Positions 18,556 through 28,501 of a stretch of 64,000 bases of DNA are shown piece by piece (the stretch's first letter is position 1; each line of letters starts with the position of its first letter). Under the pieces are notes generated by a model that saw only the letters and a program-made list of their open reading frames with translations, did no database searches and had not been told where the DNA came from. The position numbers were made by a program, and so were the translations under genes. The DNA is taken from assembly GCA_015256945.1 (NCBI GenBank), contig JABZLB010000007.1, positions 19,732 to 83,731 on the forward strand. The letters run 5' to 3'. Source of the stretch: Prevotellaceae bacterium (GTDB lineage Bacteria > Bacteroidota > Bacteroidia > Bacteroidales > Bacteroidaceae).

Positions 18556-18846
18556 TTATTTTGAAGCTGTTTCTTCTGTTTTCCCGGCAGCATGAGCCTG
18601 CTCTTCCGGTGTTTCGGCAACGTCATCCTTAGGTTTACGCACAACTGCATAAATCATAGATATGAAGCCCAGGAACGTAACCACGGGAGCTACCTTAATG
18701 CGACGGAAGCTGAAAATATCAGGATTGTAGGCCTGTTCTGTTGAGCCTGCACCGCTCATCAGTATAAACCCTGCTACAACAATTGCGAAACCTATACCCA
18801 ATAATATAAAATTGGTACGGTCAAAAGCTAAATTTTTCTTATCCAT
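18556..18846 (-). CDS. Small membrane protein (DUF3098-like) downstream of ftsX
   Basis: 96 aa, two TM helices, conserved position in the Bacteroidetes ftsX-uppP cluster. Confidence 0.45.
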   Translation of the reverse strand: MDKKNLAFDRTNFILLGIGFAIVVAGFILMSGAGSTEQAYNPDIFSFRRIKVAPVVTFLGFISMIYAVVRKPKDDVAETPEEQAHAAGKTEETASK

Positions 18847-18902
18847 TATTATATAATATAACGGCTTTCGGCACAGAACATTGTATGCCGTAAGCCCTAA
18901 CC

Positions 18903-19787
18903 TTAAATCTGATACAGTTCACCGGCCTTCATTCGCAGGAATTTATTTACCGATATATTGGCGCAGATACCTGTGATAACAATGCCAAACAGAAATACAG
19001 AACCCGCTGTAACAGCCATCTCCCGCCAGGTAACGATGGTTAATATCTCCGGCTGGTTACAATAAAGAGCATATAACCCTGCCGCCAGAACGCCGCAGGC
19101 TATCAGAGCTGCCAGCATACCCGTTACCACTGCACGTCGTATAAACGGTGCCCTTATAAAGCTCCACGACGCACCTACAAGCTTCATTGTATGTATGGAA
19201 AAGCGGCGGGCGAAGATGCTTAGGCGCACCGTGTTGTTAATTAATGAGAACGATATAAAGGTAAGCAGCGCGGCAAGCACGAGCAGCGAAATGCCTATCC
19301 TGGCCAGATTACGGTTTAAAGCTTCAACAAGACCTTTCTGATAGTTGATGTCTGACACCTTAGGGTACTTCTTTAAATCGGCTGAAATCCAGGTCAAACT
19401 GTCGTTATTGGCATAATCGCTCGTCAGCGTGAGCACGATTGATGAGGGAAAAGGGTTCACGCCATCGGTAAATTCGGCCGGGTTAGTGCCCATTGTGCGG
19501 GTAGCTTCGGCCAGTGCCTGCTGCTTGCTGATAAACTGAATGCTTCGGATATACGGCTTATCCAGCAGGCTTTTATATACGGTTTGTGCCTCAGCATCAG
19601 ACATATCCTGATCCATCAGCATCGTAACCTCGAGGTTTTCCTTGAAATGGGCTGCCAAATTACGGCCCGTAAGTGTACTGAAAACAATAAGTCCAAGCAG
19701 AACAAGCACCATGGCAGTGCTGATACAAAGCGTCACAGACTGCAACCGTCCTGACTGTCGGGTTGCCCTGATATGTTTCTTTCCCAT
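18903..19787 (-). CDS. ftsX: Cell-division protein FtsX (permease-like)
   Basis: FtsX topology with one TM, a large periplasmic loop and three C-terminal TMs. The likely start is MGKKHIR at 19787. Confidence 0.7.
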   Translation of the reverse strand: MGKKHIRATRQSGRLQSVTLCISTAMVLVLLGLIVFSTLTGRNLAAHFKENLEVTMLMDQDMSDAEAQTVYKSLLDKPYIRSIQFISKQQALAEATRTMGTNPAEFTDGVNPFPSSIVLTLTSDYANNDSLTWISADLKKYPKVSDINYQKGLVEALNRNLARIGISLLVLAALLTFISFSLINNTVRLSIFARRFSIHTMKLVGASWSFIRAPFIRRAVVTGMLAALIACGVLAAGLYALYCNQPEILTIVTWREMAVTAGSVFLFGIVITGICANISVNKFLRMKAGELYQI

Positions 19788-19956
19788 TATAAAATTGGCT
19801 ATAATCGTGCGAACTTCATGCAAAAGTAACAAATTAATCATATAACAACAACCCTTTAACGTGCATTAACCAAATAACCGTAAACGCCATACGGCCTTAT
19901 ATGCTTTTTTGTTATCTTTGCCGCAAATTAATGCAGAAAACTGAAAATTACGCAAT

Positions 19957-20724
19957 ATGAGCACCATCATTTACCCCAGCCCGATATACGGTCCTGTGCA
20001 TAGCCGCCGCCTCGGACTAAGTTTAGGCATAAACCTTATGCCGGCAGACGGCAAGATTTGCACTTTCGACTGCCTTTATTGTGAGTGTGGTTTCAACGCC
20101 GAAAGGCGCACAAGGTCGGCCTATCCCACCCGTGAGGCTGTGGCCGAAGCCCTCGAACGCCAGCTCATTGCGATGCACAACGAGGGTCAACACCCCGATG
20201 TGCTTACCTTTGCAGGCAACGGAGAGCCTACAAGCAACCCTCATTTTGCGGGTATTATCGACGATACCGTACGACTTCGCAACCGCTGGTGTCCCGGAGC
20301 TAAGATTAGTGTGCTGAGCAATTCAACCTTTACGGGGCGGAAAGATATACGGGAAGCCCTGATGAAAGTTGACAATAACATCCTGAAACTCGACACCGTT
20401 GACAACGAATACATACGGCGTGTTGACCGCCCTGTGCAGCCATCGTACGATGTCAGGAAAATCATTGAGAACCTCAAATGGTTCAAAGGGCACGTCATTG
20501 TTCAAACCATGTTCCTCAAAGGCGACGGAACCGACAATACAGGCGAGCAGTATGTGGCACCGTGGATAGAAGCATTGTGCGACATTAAGCCTCAGAGCGT
20601 CATGATATATACCATTGATCGCGAAACACCCGACCTTAAATTGCGCAAGGCTTCGCACGAAGAGCTTGACGCAATATGCCAGCGTGTAATCGACGCTGGC
20701 ATACCTTGTACGGCTTCTTATTAA
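19957..20724 (+). CDS. Radical SAM domain protein
   Basis: Contains the CTFDCLYCECG (CxxxCxxC) cluster; 255 aa. Confidence 0.7.
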   Translation: MSTIIYPSPIYGPVHSRRLGLSLGINLMPADGKICTFDCLYCECGFNAERRTRSAYPTREAVAEALERQLIAMHNEGQHPDVLTFAGNGEPTSNPHFAGIIDDTVRLRNRWCPGAKISVLSNSTFTGRKDIREALMKVDNNILKLDTVDNEYIRRVDRPVQPSYDVRKIIENLKWFKGHVIVQTMFLKGDGTDNTGEQYVAPWIEALCDIKPQSVMIYTIDRETPDLKLRKASHEELDAICQRVIDAGIPCTASY

Positions 20725-20755
20725 AGAAACGCATTGCTCAATAAGCTGTAACTTT

Positions 20756-21355
20756 TTACGACAACATATAAACCGGTGCATTTTTGTGGCCGGTTTTTTT
20801 GATGATACCAGCATCAACAAAATGCCTTAACCATTTACGGGCCGAATAAACAGTAAGCGAAAACTGCATCTGCACGGTACGACGTGTCATGGTTCCATGC
20901 TGTTTCAGATAGCCGGTAAACGCTGTTTTCATCTCTTCAACGGTGTACCGGCGCGACAGGGTTGTGCCTTTGAGCCGTATAAAACGGGCTTTCGCGCGCA
21001 CGGCAACAAGCAAGCCTCTTTCGGGTTTAAACCTGAAACCCCTGACACTCACATAGTTTCCCTTCACCTTTTCAACAGGTACGTTTCGCGGCAGCCTCAC
21101 TGAGGCCCTCACTGTAAAATATCCTATACCCGGAAGATAGAAACGGCCACCCTGCGACAAGTCGTGCAAGGCTGCATCGTATAAGGCCGACAGCACCGCC
21201 TCTACATCGCCACCCGTCAGCGAGCAGCTGTGACAAACATCTTCCTTCAGCCTGTCACGAGAGCGCACGGCGTCGGGAAGCAATCTTACGTAGCGAAGCT
21301 CGGCTCCGCCTCCACCGGCATTGCCGATAGAATGTACATCCATTTTAATTGACAT
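20756..21355 (-). CDS. HU-family (Bacteroidetes HU-like) DNA-binding protein with a C-terminal winged-helix-like region
   Basis: 199 aa with an HU/IHF-like core (GRFYLPGIGYFTVRA). Its GC content looks locally elevated by eye. It is flanked by repeat copy B. Confidence 0.4.
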   Translation of the reverse strand: MSIKMDVHSIGNAGGGGAELRYVRLLPDAVRSRDRLKEDVCHSCSLTGGDVEAVLSALYDAALHDLSQGGRFYLPGIGYFTVRASVRLPRNVPVEKVKGNYVSVRGFRFKPERGLLVAVRAKARFIRLKGTTLSRRYTVEEMKTAFTGYLKQHGTMTRRTVQMQFSLTVYSARKWLRHFVDAGIIKKTGHKNAPVYMLS

Positions 21356-21462
21356 CGTATTTATTATGATTTAAGGTTAACGATGCAAAGATAACCACAT
21401 CACGGCGTAACGGCAACGGCTGCCTGCGTATCTTCTGGTGTTTTTATGCTGAAAAGGTTGTC

Positions 21463-21557
21463 GTATGACGGCCGTCAGCAACATCTTCGGCGACTGTCAT
21501 ACTGCGTGTACGGCGGTCGTCAGCAACGCTGCCTGCGGCCGCCGAACGACACCCTGT
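21463..21557. repeat. GC-rich palindromic intergenic repeat (REP-like), copy B
   Basis: GACGGCCGTCAGCAAC ... GTACGGCGGTCGTCAGCAACGCTGCCTGCGGCCGCCGAACGAC. Confidence 0.7.
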
Positions 21558-21629
21558 AAAGCGTAAAGACACAGGCACAAAAGCGTAATGTCACAGACTA
21601 TATGATTAAATTTTGGTATCTTTGCAGGC

Positions 21630-22772
21630 ATGAAGTATCAGATAAGGCCTGCCACACCCCGGCAGGCACCCGAAATAGCCCGCCTGATTATGGAGGCGAT
21701 GGATGAAGACTGCTGTCGCAATTTTGCGGGACCGCAACATACGCTGGCCGACTTTCACCGTATGCTGACGCGCCTTGTCGCCATGGACCATTCGCAATAC
21801 AGCTACCGCAACACGCTTACTGCCATGCAGGGCAAGCGCATTGCAGGCATTATTACAGGCTACGACGGTAAGGATTTAAGACGGTTGAGGCAGGCTTTCA
21901 TAGAAGCTGCCCAAACAGAGCTGGGACAAGACTTCAGCGGGATGGACGACGAAACACAGGAAGGCGAATATTATATCGACTCGCTGGCTGTCAGAACCGA
22001 CTGTCGCCGTCAGGGCATTGCATCGGCTTTGCTAAGGGCTTTCATACAAAAACACGGACACAATCAGCCCGTAGGATTGCTGGTTGACCTCACACATCCT
22101 GAAGCCGAACGGCTTTATCGCCTGACGGGATTTATGTATAAGGGCGATGCTTGCTGGGGAGGGCATGACATGCGACATCTGCAATATCCTGCCAAATGCG
22201 CGTGGAGCCTCGGCGATAAGCTATCGGAAAGGTATCACGATACGGAATGGGGCGTACCCGAGCACGACGATAACCAGCTGTTTATGTGGCTGATAATGGA
22301 GACGATGTCGTGCGGATTGTCGTGGAAAATGATGCTCGAACGGCGCGAAGTATTTCGAAAAGTGTTCGCCTCGTTTGACGCAAGCCGGGTAGCCTGCTTT
22401 GGTGAAGATGATATAAAACAGGCTCTTCACACCGAAGGCATGATACGGTCGGAACGCAAAATAAAGGGCATGATAGCCAACGCACGGGCGTTTGTAAGAA
22501 TAAAGGCCGAATACGGGTCGTTCGATTGTTATATATGGAGCTTCACCCACGGCCGTTCACTTATCTACCCTTCGCACCAAAGTCGTGAGGTTACCTGCAA
22601 CGAGCTGTCGGCACGTGTGGCCAAAGACCTTAAAAAACGGGGCTTCTGCTATGTGGGTTCAGTTATAGTTTATAGTTTTTTGCAGGCCATAGGCGTTATT
22701 AATGACCACAAAAGCCAATGCCATCGCTATGCTGAATTATTGCCCGCATGTACAATTGTGGAAGGCGAATAA
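21630..22772 (+). CDS. tag: Fusion protein: N-terminal GNAT acetyltransferase domain + C-terminal DNA-3-methyladenine glycosylase I (Tag)
   Basis: The N-terminal ~180 aa carry GNAT motif A (RRQGIASALL). The C-terminal ~190 aa align to E. coli Tag: YHDTEWGVPEHDD, LFMWLIMETMSCGLSW, KKRGFCYVGSVIVYSFLQAIGVINDH. Confidence 0.75.
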   Translation: MKYQIRPATPRQAPEIARLIMEAMDEDCCRNFAGPQHTLADFHRMLTRLVAMDHSQYSYRNTLTAMQGKRIAGIITGYDGKDLRRLRQAFIEAAQTELGQDFSGMDDETQEGEYYIDSLAVRTDCRRQGIASALLRAFIQKHGHNQPVGLLVDLTHPEAERLYRLTGFMYKGDACWGGHDMRHLQYPAKCAWSLGDKLSERYHDTEWGVPEHDDNQLFMWLIMETMSCGLSWKMMLERREVFRKVFASFDASRVACFGEDDIKQALHTEGMIRSERKIKGMIANARAFVRIKAEYGSFDCYIWSFTHGRSLIYPSHQSREVTCNELSARVAKDLKKRGFCYVGSVIVYSFLQAIGVINDHKSQCHRYAELLPACTIVEGE

Positions 22773-22863
22773 ATGCAATAAAGCCATAAAATAACAGTAT
22801 GGGCTGTGCCATACAGGCCTTTCGGGCTTACCTGCCCGTTGCAGGAGAACAGTAAAAAAAACA

Positions 22864-22890
22864 AGGAGAACGACAAAAGCCGCTCTCCTT
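22864..22890. terminator. Bidirectional terminator between tag fusion and lpxA
   Basis: AAGGAGA-N13-TCTCCTT hairpin preceded by an A8 run (a T-run on the lpxA strand) and followed by TTTTATT. Confidence 0.5.
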
Positions 22891-22924
22891 TTATTCATAT
22901 CACAGCATGATAATACCGGGATTA

Positions 22925-23704
22925 CTATTTTGTAACAATCCCTTTCTTCGATTTTTTCAGAAACTTAATGATGGCATCTACTTCAGGGCCCTTTGGTATC
23001 TGGTCGCGAATTTGCAACATTGAGTCGAACACACTTGTCTTTCCATGGAACAACAAGCGGTATGCGTTGGCCACATGCTTTTGTACCTTCTCATCAAAAC
23101 CGGCCGAAGTCATCAGCGTTGTGTTCGGTCCGCTGTATTCAACAGGCTTGCCTCCTACTATAATATAAGGTGGAACATCCTTCGAAAACGTTGTTCCGGC
23201 CTGTATCATAGCCAGGTTTCCTACGCGCGTATGGGAATTTTCAATAACCGATGACGAAAATATAACGCCGTCACCAATCTCACAACAGCCGGCAATTTTG
23301 GTACCATAGCCTATCACATTGCGGTTGCCTATCTTTGTATCGTGGCTGACATGGGCACCCTCCATGATAAAATTGTCATCGCCAATCACCGTTTGGCCGC
23401 CGGCATGAGTGGCTCTGTTGATCACTACATTTTCGCGAATAATGTTGTTATTGCCAATAATCAGCTCGGTTTTTTCACTGGTAAACTCGAAGTCTTGCGG
23501 CAGTGCTGACAGCACTGTACACTGATGAACCTTGTTGTCGTTGCCCATACGGGTACCGTCCAGCAGGCTTACGAAAGGGAAAATAACACAGTTTTCGCCA
23601 ATCTCCACGTCGTCTTCGATATACACAAACGGGAAAATCTTAGTGCCATCGCCAATCTTTGCCTTGGGCGATACGACGGCCTGGGGACTTATATCACATG
23701 CCAT
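22925..23704 (-). CDS. lpxA: Acyl-ACP--UDP-N-acetylglucosamine O-acyltransferase
   Basis: 259 aa with left-handed beta-helix hexapeptide repeats and the LpxA C-terminal helical domain. Confidence 0.85.
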   Translation of the reverse strand: MACDISPQAVVSPKAKIGDGTKIFPFVYIEDDVEIGENCVIFPFVSLLDGTRMGNDNKVHQCTVLSALPQDFEFTSEKTELIIGNNNIIRENVVINRATHAGGQTVIGDDNFIMEGAHVSHDTKIGNRNVIGYGTKIAGCCEIGDGVIFSSSVIENSHTRVGNLAMIQAGTTFSKDVPPYIIVGGKPVEYSGPNTTLMTSAGFDEKVQKHVANAYRLLFHGKTSVFDSMLQIRDQIPKGPEVDAIIKFLKKSKKGIVTK

Positions 23705-23739
23705 AGTTTAATATTCGTTTTGAATTAGGGAAAAGATTA

Positions 23740-25125
23740 CTATTTTGCACCACCGCCCAGAGCCTGATAAAGACTTACAACGGCTTGCATTTTTGCAAGG
23801 TCATCAGACACTTTTGAGAGCTGTGCATTGAGCAAACTGCTCTCGGCCGTGATTACCTCCAGATACGTACTGCCCGCACTGGCCATCAGGGCACGTGTGT
23901 CTTCAACATTCTTTTTGAGCACTTCTATCTGCCTGGCTTCAATAACGCTCTTCTCAGAAGAGGTATTATATTGAACCAAAGCGTTGCTAACCTCCGAACC
24001 TGCTTTCAGAATGCTCTGCTGCCAGGTATTGAAAGCCTGTTGGTAACGGTCGTTAGCCACGCGTAAAGCCGCTGTTAACTGTCCGTTCATAAATATAGGC
24101 TGGGTGAGCGATGCCACCGCAGAGAGCAACAGTTTGGCCGGGTTTACCATACCCTGACCATTGGAAAAGCCTCCCGTTCCCGAAATAGTAATGTTAGGAT
24201 AAAAGCTGCTTCGCGCCTTCTCAACATTGTAGAAGCATGAGGCCAGCTCCATTTCGTTGGCGTGAACATCGGCACGATTACTCAACAGTTGGATGCCGAC
24301 GCCCGTAGAAAACGATGCTGGGAGCTGCTGGTTATCCAAAGTTCCGCGTGCAATAGCATGGGCAGGTTCGCCAAGCATGAGGCTTAACGCGTTTTCACTC
24401 TCACGTATTGACCGCTCCAAATCTTTCTTTTGGGTGAGAACATTATAGTAATTACTCTCGGCTCTCTGCACTGCAGTAGACCGTACACCGGCGATATTTT
24501 CGTGCTGAACCTTCATAATGTCCCAGGTTTCCTTGGTTAAACGCTCCATGTTGCCTACAATTTCCATCTGCTTGTCCAGCATAAGGAGCGTGTAATATAA
24601 ATTGGCAACGCCGGCAATTAACGATGTACGGACACTTACCTGATAGTCTTTTGATTGCAGCAATGCCATTTGAGCCGACCGCTTTGCCGCTGTAAGGCCA
24701 CCAAAAAGAGAGACATTCCAGCTGGCGTTAACGGGCAGCGTGTAACTCTTTGTCGTTGCATCGTTGAAGCGAGTAATGGTTCCTTGTGGCGTGAAAACGA
24801 ACTGAGGGATGAATGCTAACTTCGCCGTCTTAAGCTGTGCCTGGGCCATATCCACGTTAAGGGCAGCGTTAAGCAGGTTCGGATTGTTTGTCAACGCCTT
24901 CTCAATAAGCCCTTGAAGATGCGCATCGGTGAACACTTCGCGCCACGGTAAGTTGCCAAAGCTTGCGGTATCAGCCACTGCAAGTGTATCAGTTGCAGCA
25001 ACAGGGTCGCGCATAATGCCACTTGTTCTAACCTGCGGACGCTCATATTTGCCATACAGACTTTTACAACCCGTAAGCGACAAGGCCACAAGGCTGCCGA
25101 ATATAATATGTTTAAACCGTTTCAT
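23740..25125 (-). CDS. TolC-family outer-membrane efflux protein (OMF) of the RND system
   Basis: Lipoprotein signal (MKRFKH..LTGC), TolC-like repeats. It is the last gene of the MFP-RND-OMF operon. Confidence 0.8.
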   Translation of the reverse strand: MKRFKHIIFGSLVALSLTGCKSLYGKYERPQVRTSGIMRDPVAATDTLAVADTASFGNLPWREVFTDAHLQGLIEKALTNNPNLLNAALNVDMAQAQLKTAKLAFIPQFVFTPQGTITRFNDATTKSYTLPVNASWNVSLFGGLTAAKRSAQMALLQSKDYQVSVRTSLIAGVANLYYTLLMLDKQMEIVGNMERLTKETWDIMKVQHENIAGVRSTAVQRAESNYYNVLTQKKDLERSIRESENALSLMLGEPAHAIARGTLDNQQLPASFSTGVGIQLLSNRADVHANEMELASCFYNVEKARSSFYPNITISGTGGFSNGQGMVNPAKLLLSAVASLTQPIFMNGQLTAALRVANDRYQQAFNTWQQSILKAGSEVSNALVQYNTSSEKSVIEARQIEVLKKNVEDTRALMASAGSTYLEVITAESSLLNAQLSKVSDDLAKMQAVVSLYQALGGGAK

Positions 25126-25182
25126 ATTGTAATGTTTATCACAGCTTTGCCCTGCCTCCGGAGAGGCAGAAGGCAACACCTG

Positions 25183-28100
25183 TTAATCGTCATTATCGTT
25201 ATTAATCGTAATTTGCTTTGCTTTGTTGGCATATTGAGCCAGTTCTGCCAGAGCTTCAGCGTTCTCTTCGTCGTCAAACTTAAGCGGTGTGAGCTTCTCT
25301 TGTAACCACTGGAATATGCAGAACAGCGATGGAACGATGAAGAGTTGGAACAATGTTCCCAACAGCATTCCGCCCACAGCGGCAGCACCTAACGTCTGGT
25401 TTCCATTCTTTCCTACGCCTGAAGCAAACATCATAGGGAGCAAACCGATGATCATTGCCAGCGAAGTCATCAGGATAGGACGTAGTCGTGCAGCAGCGCC
25501 AAGGATGGCAGAGTAACGGATTGCCATACCCGTCTGGCGGCGTTCCAGCGCAAACTGTACAATCAATATGGCGTTCTTGGCCAGCAGACCAATCAGCATG
25601 ATAAGCGAAATTTGCATGTAAATGTCGTTCGAATGGCCAAAAAGCATGGTAAACAAGAACGCACCTGCCAAACCAAATGGTATGGAAAGGATAACCGACA
25701 ACGGCAGCAGATAGCTCTCATACTGGGCTGAAAGAATCAGATATACGAAAACAAGACACAACACAAATATCATAGCCGTTGAGTTACTTGCCTCTGCTTC
25801 TGAACGCGTAAGGCCGGAATACTCGTATCCGTAGCCCATAGGCAGACTCTCTTTTGCCACTTCTTCACAAGCCTTAAGCGCCTCACCCGTAGTACCTTTC
25901 GGTGTAATATTCAGGTTAATTGAGGTAAACAGGTTGAAGCGTGCGATGTTAGAAGGTCCGTATACGCGCCTTAAGGTGATGAATTCTGACACAGGAGCCA
26001 TGCTTCCATCGCCCAGACGGACGTAGATATTCGACAATCCATCAGGACGCATACGTGTTGCAGCATCGCCCTGTATCATGACACGGAAGAGCTTTCCATA
26101 CGCATTGTAGTTGCTTGCATACAGTCCTCCATAGTAACCTTGCATGACAGAGAGCACGCTTACCGGCGATGTTCCGGCCTGTTTACACTTTGCAACGTCC
26201 ACGTCTACCATGTATTGCGGGTAGTTTGGGTTGTAAGTGGTCATGGCTTTCTGTATTTCTGGCCGCTTGTTAAGGGCAGCAATATAATCCTGTGCCACTT
26301 TAAAGAACTTATTTAAATCGCCTCCTGTCTTATCCTGAAGGGTCATAGAGACACCATTATTCATCGCAAAGCCCGGAATCATAGGTGGTGGAAATGCCAG
26401 AATCTGGGCGTCTTTGATAGCCGCTGTTTGCTTATAGATCATGCCTAATACCGATGTTGCTTCCAACGGATTGACGAACCAGCGCATCGGATCTCCTGTA
26501 AAGGTAGCCTTAATCTTATTGAAAAAGCCGTTAGAACGCTCGCCGAAGGGCTTTAATTTAATAATAAAGGTAGCCTGGTCTGAGCCTTGTCCGGCAATGA
26601 AATTGTAGCCGACGATTTGCACCCTGCGCTCAATGGCCGGGTTTGAAGCCAGCATACTGTCAATTTCGTTGGCGATTTGCTTGGTACGTTCCTGCGATGT
26701 TCCCGGTGCTGCAGACACTGTACAAAACAACGTTCCGGTATCTTCGTCAGGCACAAGGCCCGTAGAGGTGAATATCATACCCAGTACAAGCAGTGCAAAA
26801 CCAGCCACAACGCCGATGGCCGTAGCCACACGGTGATTGACAACACGCTCTACACCTTTCTTATATTTGTTGGTAACCTTATCGAAAACATGGTTAAAGC
26901 CAGCATGGAAACGGTCAACAAAGCTCATTTTCCCAGCACCTTCCTCTTCCGATTTCGGTTTCAGGAAGATGGCACACAAGGCCGGAGACAGTGTCAATGC
27001 GTTGACAGCCGATATAACTATCGACACAGCCATCGTTACTCCAAACTCACGATAGAACGTCCCTGAGGTGCCACCCATGAACGAAACCGGCACAAACACG
27101 GAGGCCATTACTAATGTAATAGAGATAATTGCTGAACTAATCTCGTTCATTGCATCAATAGAGGCCGTGAGCGCATTGTCGTATCCCTGGTCGAGCTTGG
27201 CGTGGACAGCCTCAACTACCACAATAGCGTCGTCCACAACAATGGCTATTGCCAACAGCAATGCTGACAAAGTTAGCAGGTTTATCGAAAAACCGAACAT
27301 CCAAAGGAAGAAGAATGTACCCACAAGGGCGACGGGAACGGCTATCATCGGGATAAGTGTCGAGCGAAAATCCTGCAAGAACACGTAAACCACAATGAAC
27401 ACGAGCACCAGCGTAATAAACAGTGTCATCACCACTTCCTCAATAGATGCGAAGAGGAATTCGGTCACATCCTGTTCTATCGTCACCTTCATGCCTGGAG
27501 GCATTGACTTTTGAGCCTCGGCAAGGGCTGCCTTAACATCGGTTGCTATCTGCGTAGCGTTCGACCCTGCCACCTGCTGAACCATACCCATAACAGCAGG
27601 TTCTCCGTTGTTTTTCAGGAAAACGCTGTACATTAAAGAGCCTTGTTCTATCTTCGCTACGTCCTTAAGATACAGCGTTTGGCCTGTAGTTTTGCTCGTA
27701 AGAATGATGTTTTCATAATCAATTGGCTTCTTTAAGCGACCCTTATAACGCAGTGTATACTCAAAAGCCACATCGCTATTTTCACCAAAAGAGCCTGGAG
27801 CGGCTTCAATATTCTGCTCTGCAAGCACACCCGATATGTCGGAAGGTACCAGCCCGTACTGCTTCATCTTATCAGGTTGCAGCCATATTCGCATAGAGTA
27901 ATCCGACATAGACGGACTATGAATATTACCTACACCGTTGATACGTTTCAGCAGCGGGATAACGTTAATATTATTGTAATTGGTGAGGAATTTGCTGTCG
28001 TAGCGACCGTCGTCCGTCGTCAACGAGTACATAATAACATTTGACGACTGCTGCTTGGTTACGGTAACGCCCACACGTGTAACCTCAGCAGGCAACAGAG

Positions 28101-28449
28101 CCTGGGCCTGACTTACACGGTTTTGCACGTTAACGGCAGCCATATTGGCATCAGTTCCCTGCTTAAAATACACTGTTATCCTGGCCAGACCTGCGTTGGT
28201 GGTCTGTGAGGTCATATAAGTCATGTTCTCTACACCGTTAATACTCTCTTCGAGCGGCGTTACAACTGAGCTCATTACCGTTTGAGCGTCAGCACCAGTA
28301 TAGAATGTTTGAACAACAATTGTTGGCGGAGCGATGTCGGGATATTGCTCAATAGGCAGCGATACCAGTCCGATTATACCCAGCAATACGAGGAAGATGG
28401 AGATCACCGTCGACAGAACCGGGCGCTTTATAAAGTTTGAAAATGACAT
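25183..28449 (-). CDS. RND multidrug efflux permease (HAE1/AcrB family)
   Basis: 1088 aa. It begins MSFSNFIKRPVLSTVISIFLVLLG and has 12 TMs with two large periplasmic loops. Confidence 0.9.
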   Translation of the reverse strand: MSFSNFIKRPVLSTVISIFLVLLGIIGLVSLPIEQYPDIAPPTIVVQTFYTGADAQTVMSSVVTPLEESINGVENMTYMTSQTTNAGLARITVYFKQGTDANMAAVNVQNRVSQAQALLPAEVTRVGVTVTKQQSSNVIMYSLTTDDGRYDSKFLTNYNNINVIPLLKRINGVGNIHSPSMSDYSMRIWLQPDKMKQYGLVPSDISGVLAEQNIEAAPGSFGENSDVAFEYTLRYKGRLKKPIDYENIILTSKTTGQTLYLKDVAKIEQGSLMYSVFLKNNGEPAVMGMVQQVAGSNATQIATDVKAALAEAQKSMPPGMKVTIEQDVTEFLFASIEEVVMTLFITLVLVFIVVYVFLQDFRSTLIPMIAVPVALVGTFFFLWMFGFSINLLTLSALLLAIAIVVDDAIVVVEAVHAKLDQGYDNALTASIDAMNEISSAIISITLVMASVFVPVSFMGGTSGTFYREFGVTMAVSIVISAVNALTLSPALCAIFLKPKSEEEGAGKMSFVDRFHAGFNHVFDKVTNKYKKGVERVVNHRVATAIGVVAGFALLVLGMIFTSTGLVPDEDTGTLFCTVSAAPGTSQERTKQIANEIDSMLASNPAIERRVQIVGYNFIAGQGSDQATFIIKLKPFGERSNGFFNKIKATFTGDPMRWFVNPLEATSVLGMIYKQTAAIKDAQILAFPPPMIPGFAMNNGVSMTLQDKTGGDLNKFFKVAQDYIAALNKRPEIQKAMTTYNPNYPQYMVDVDVAKCKQAGTSPVSVLSVMQGYYGGLYASNYNAYGKLFRVMIQGDAATRMRPDGLSNIYVRLGDGSMAPVSEFITLRRVYGPSNIARFNLFTSINLNITPKGTTGEALKACEEVAKESLPMGYGYEYSGLTRSEAEASNSTAMIFVLCLVFVYLILSAQYESYLLPLSVILSIPFGLAGAFLFTMLFGHSNDIYMQISLIMLIGLLAKNAILIVQFALERRQTGMAIRYSAILGAAARLRPILMTSLAMIIGLLPMMFASGVGKNGNQTLGAAAVGGMLLGTLFQLFIVPSLFCIFQWLQEKLTPLKFDDEENAEALAELAQYANKAKQITINNDNDD

Positions 28450-28501
28450 TTTTCTGATTTTAAAATGAAAAGATTCTTTTCTTTACCTGTAATATGAAGT
28501 C

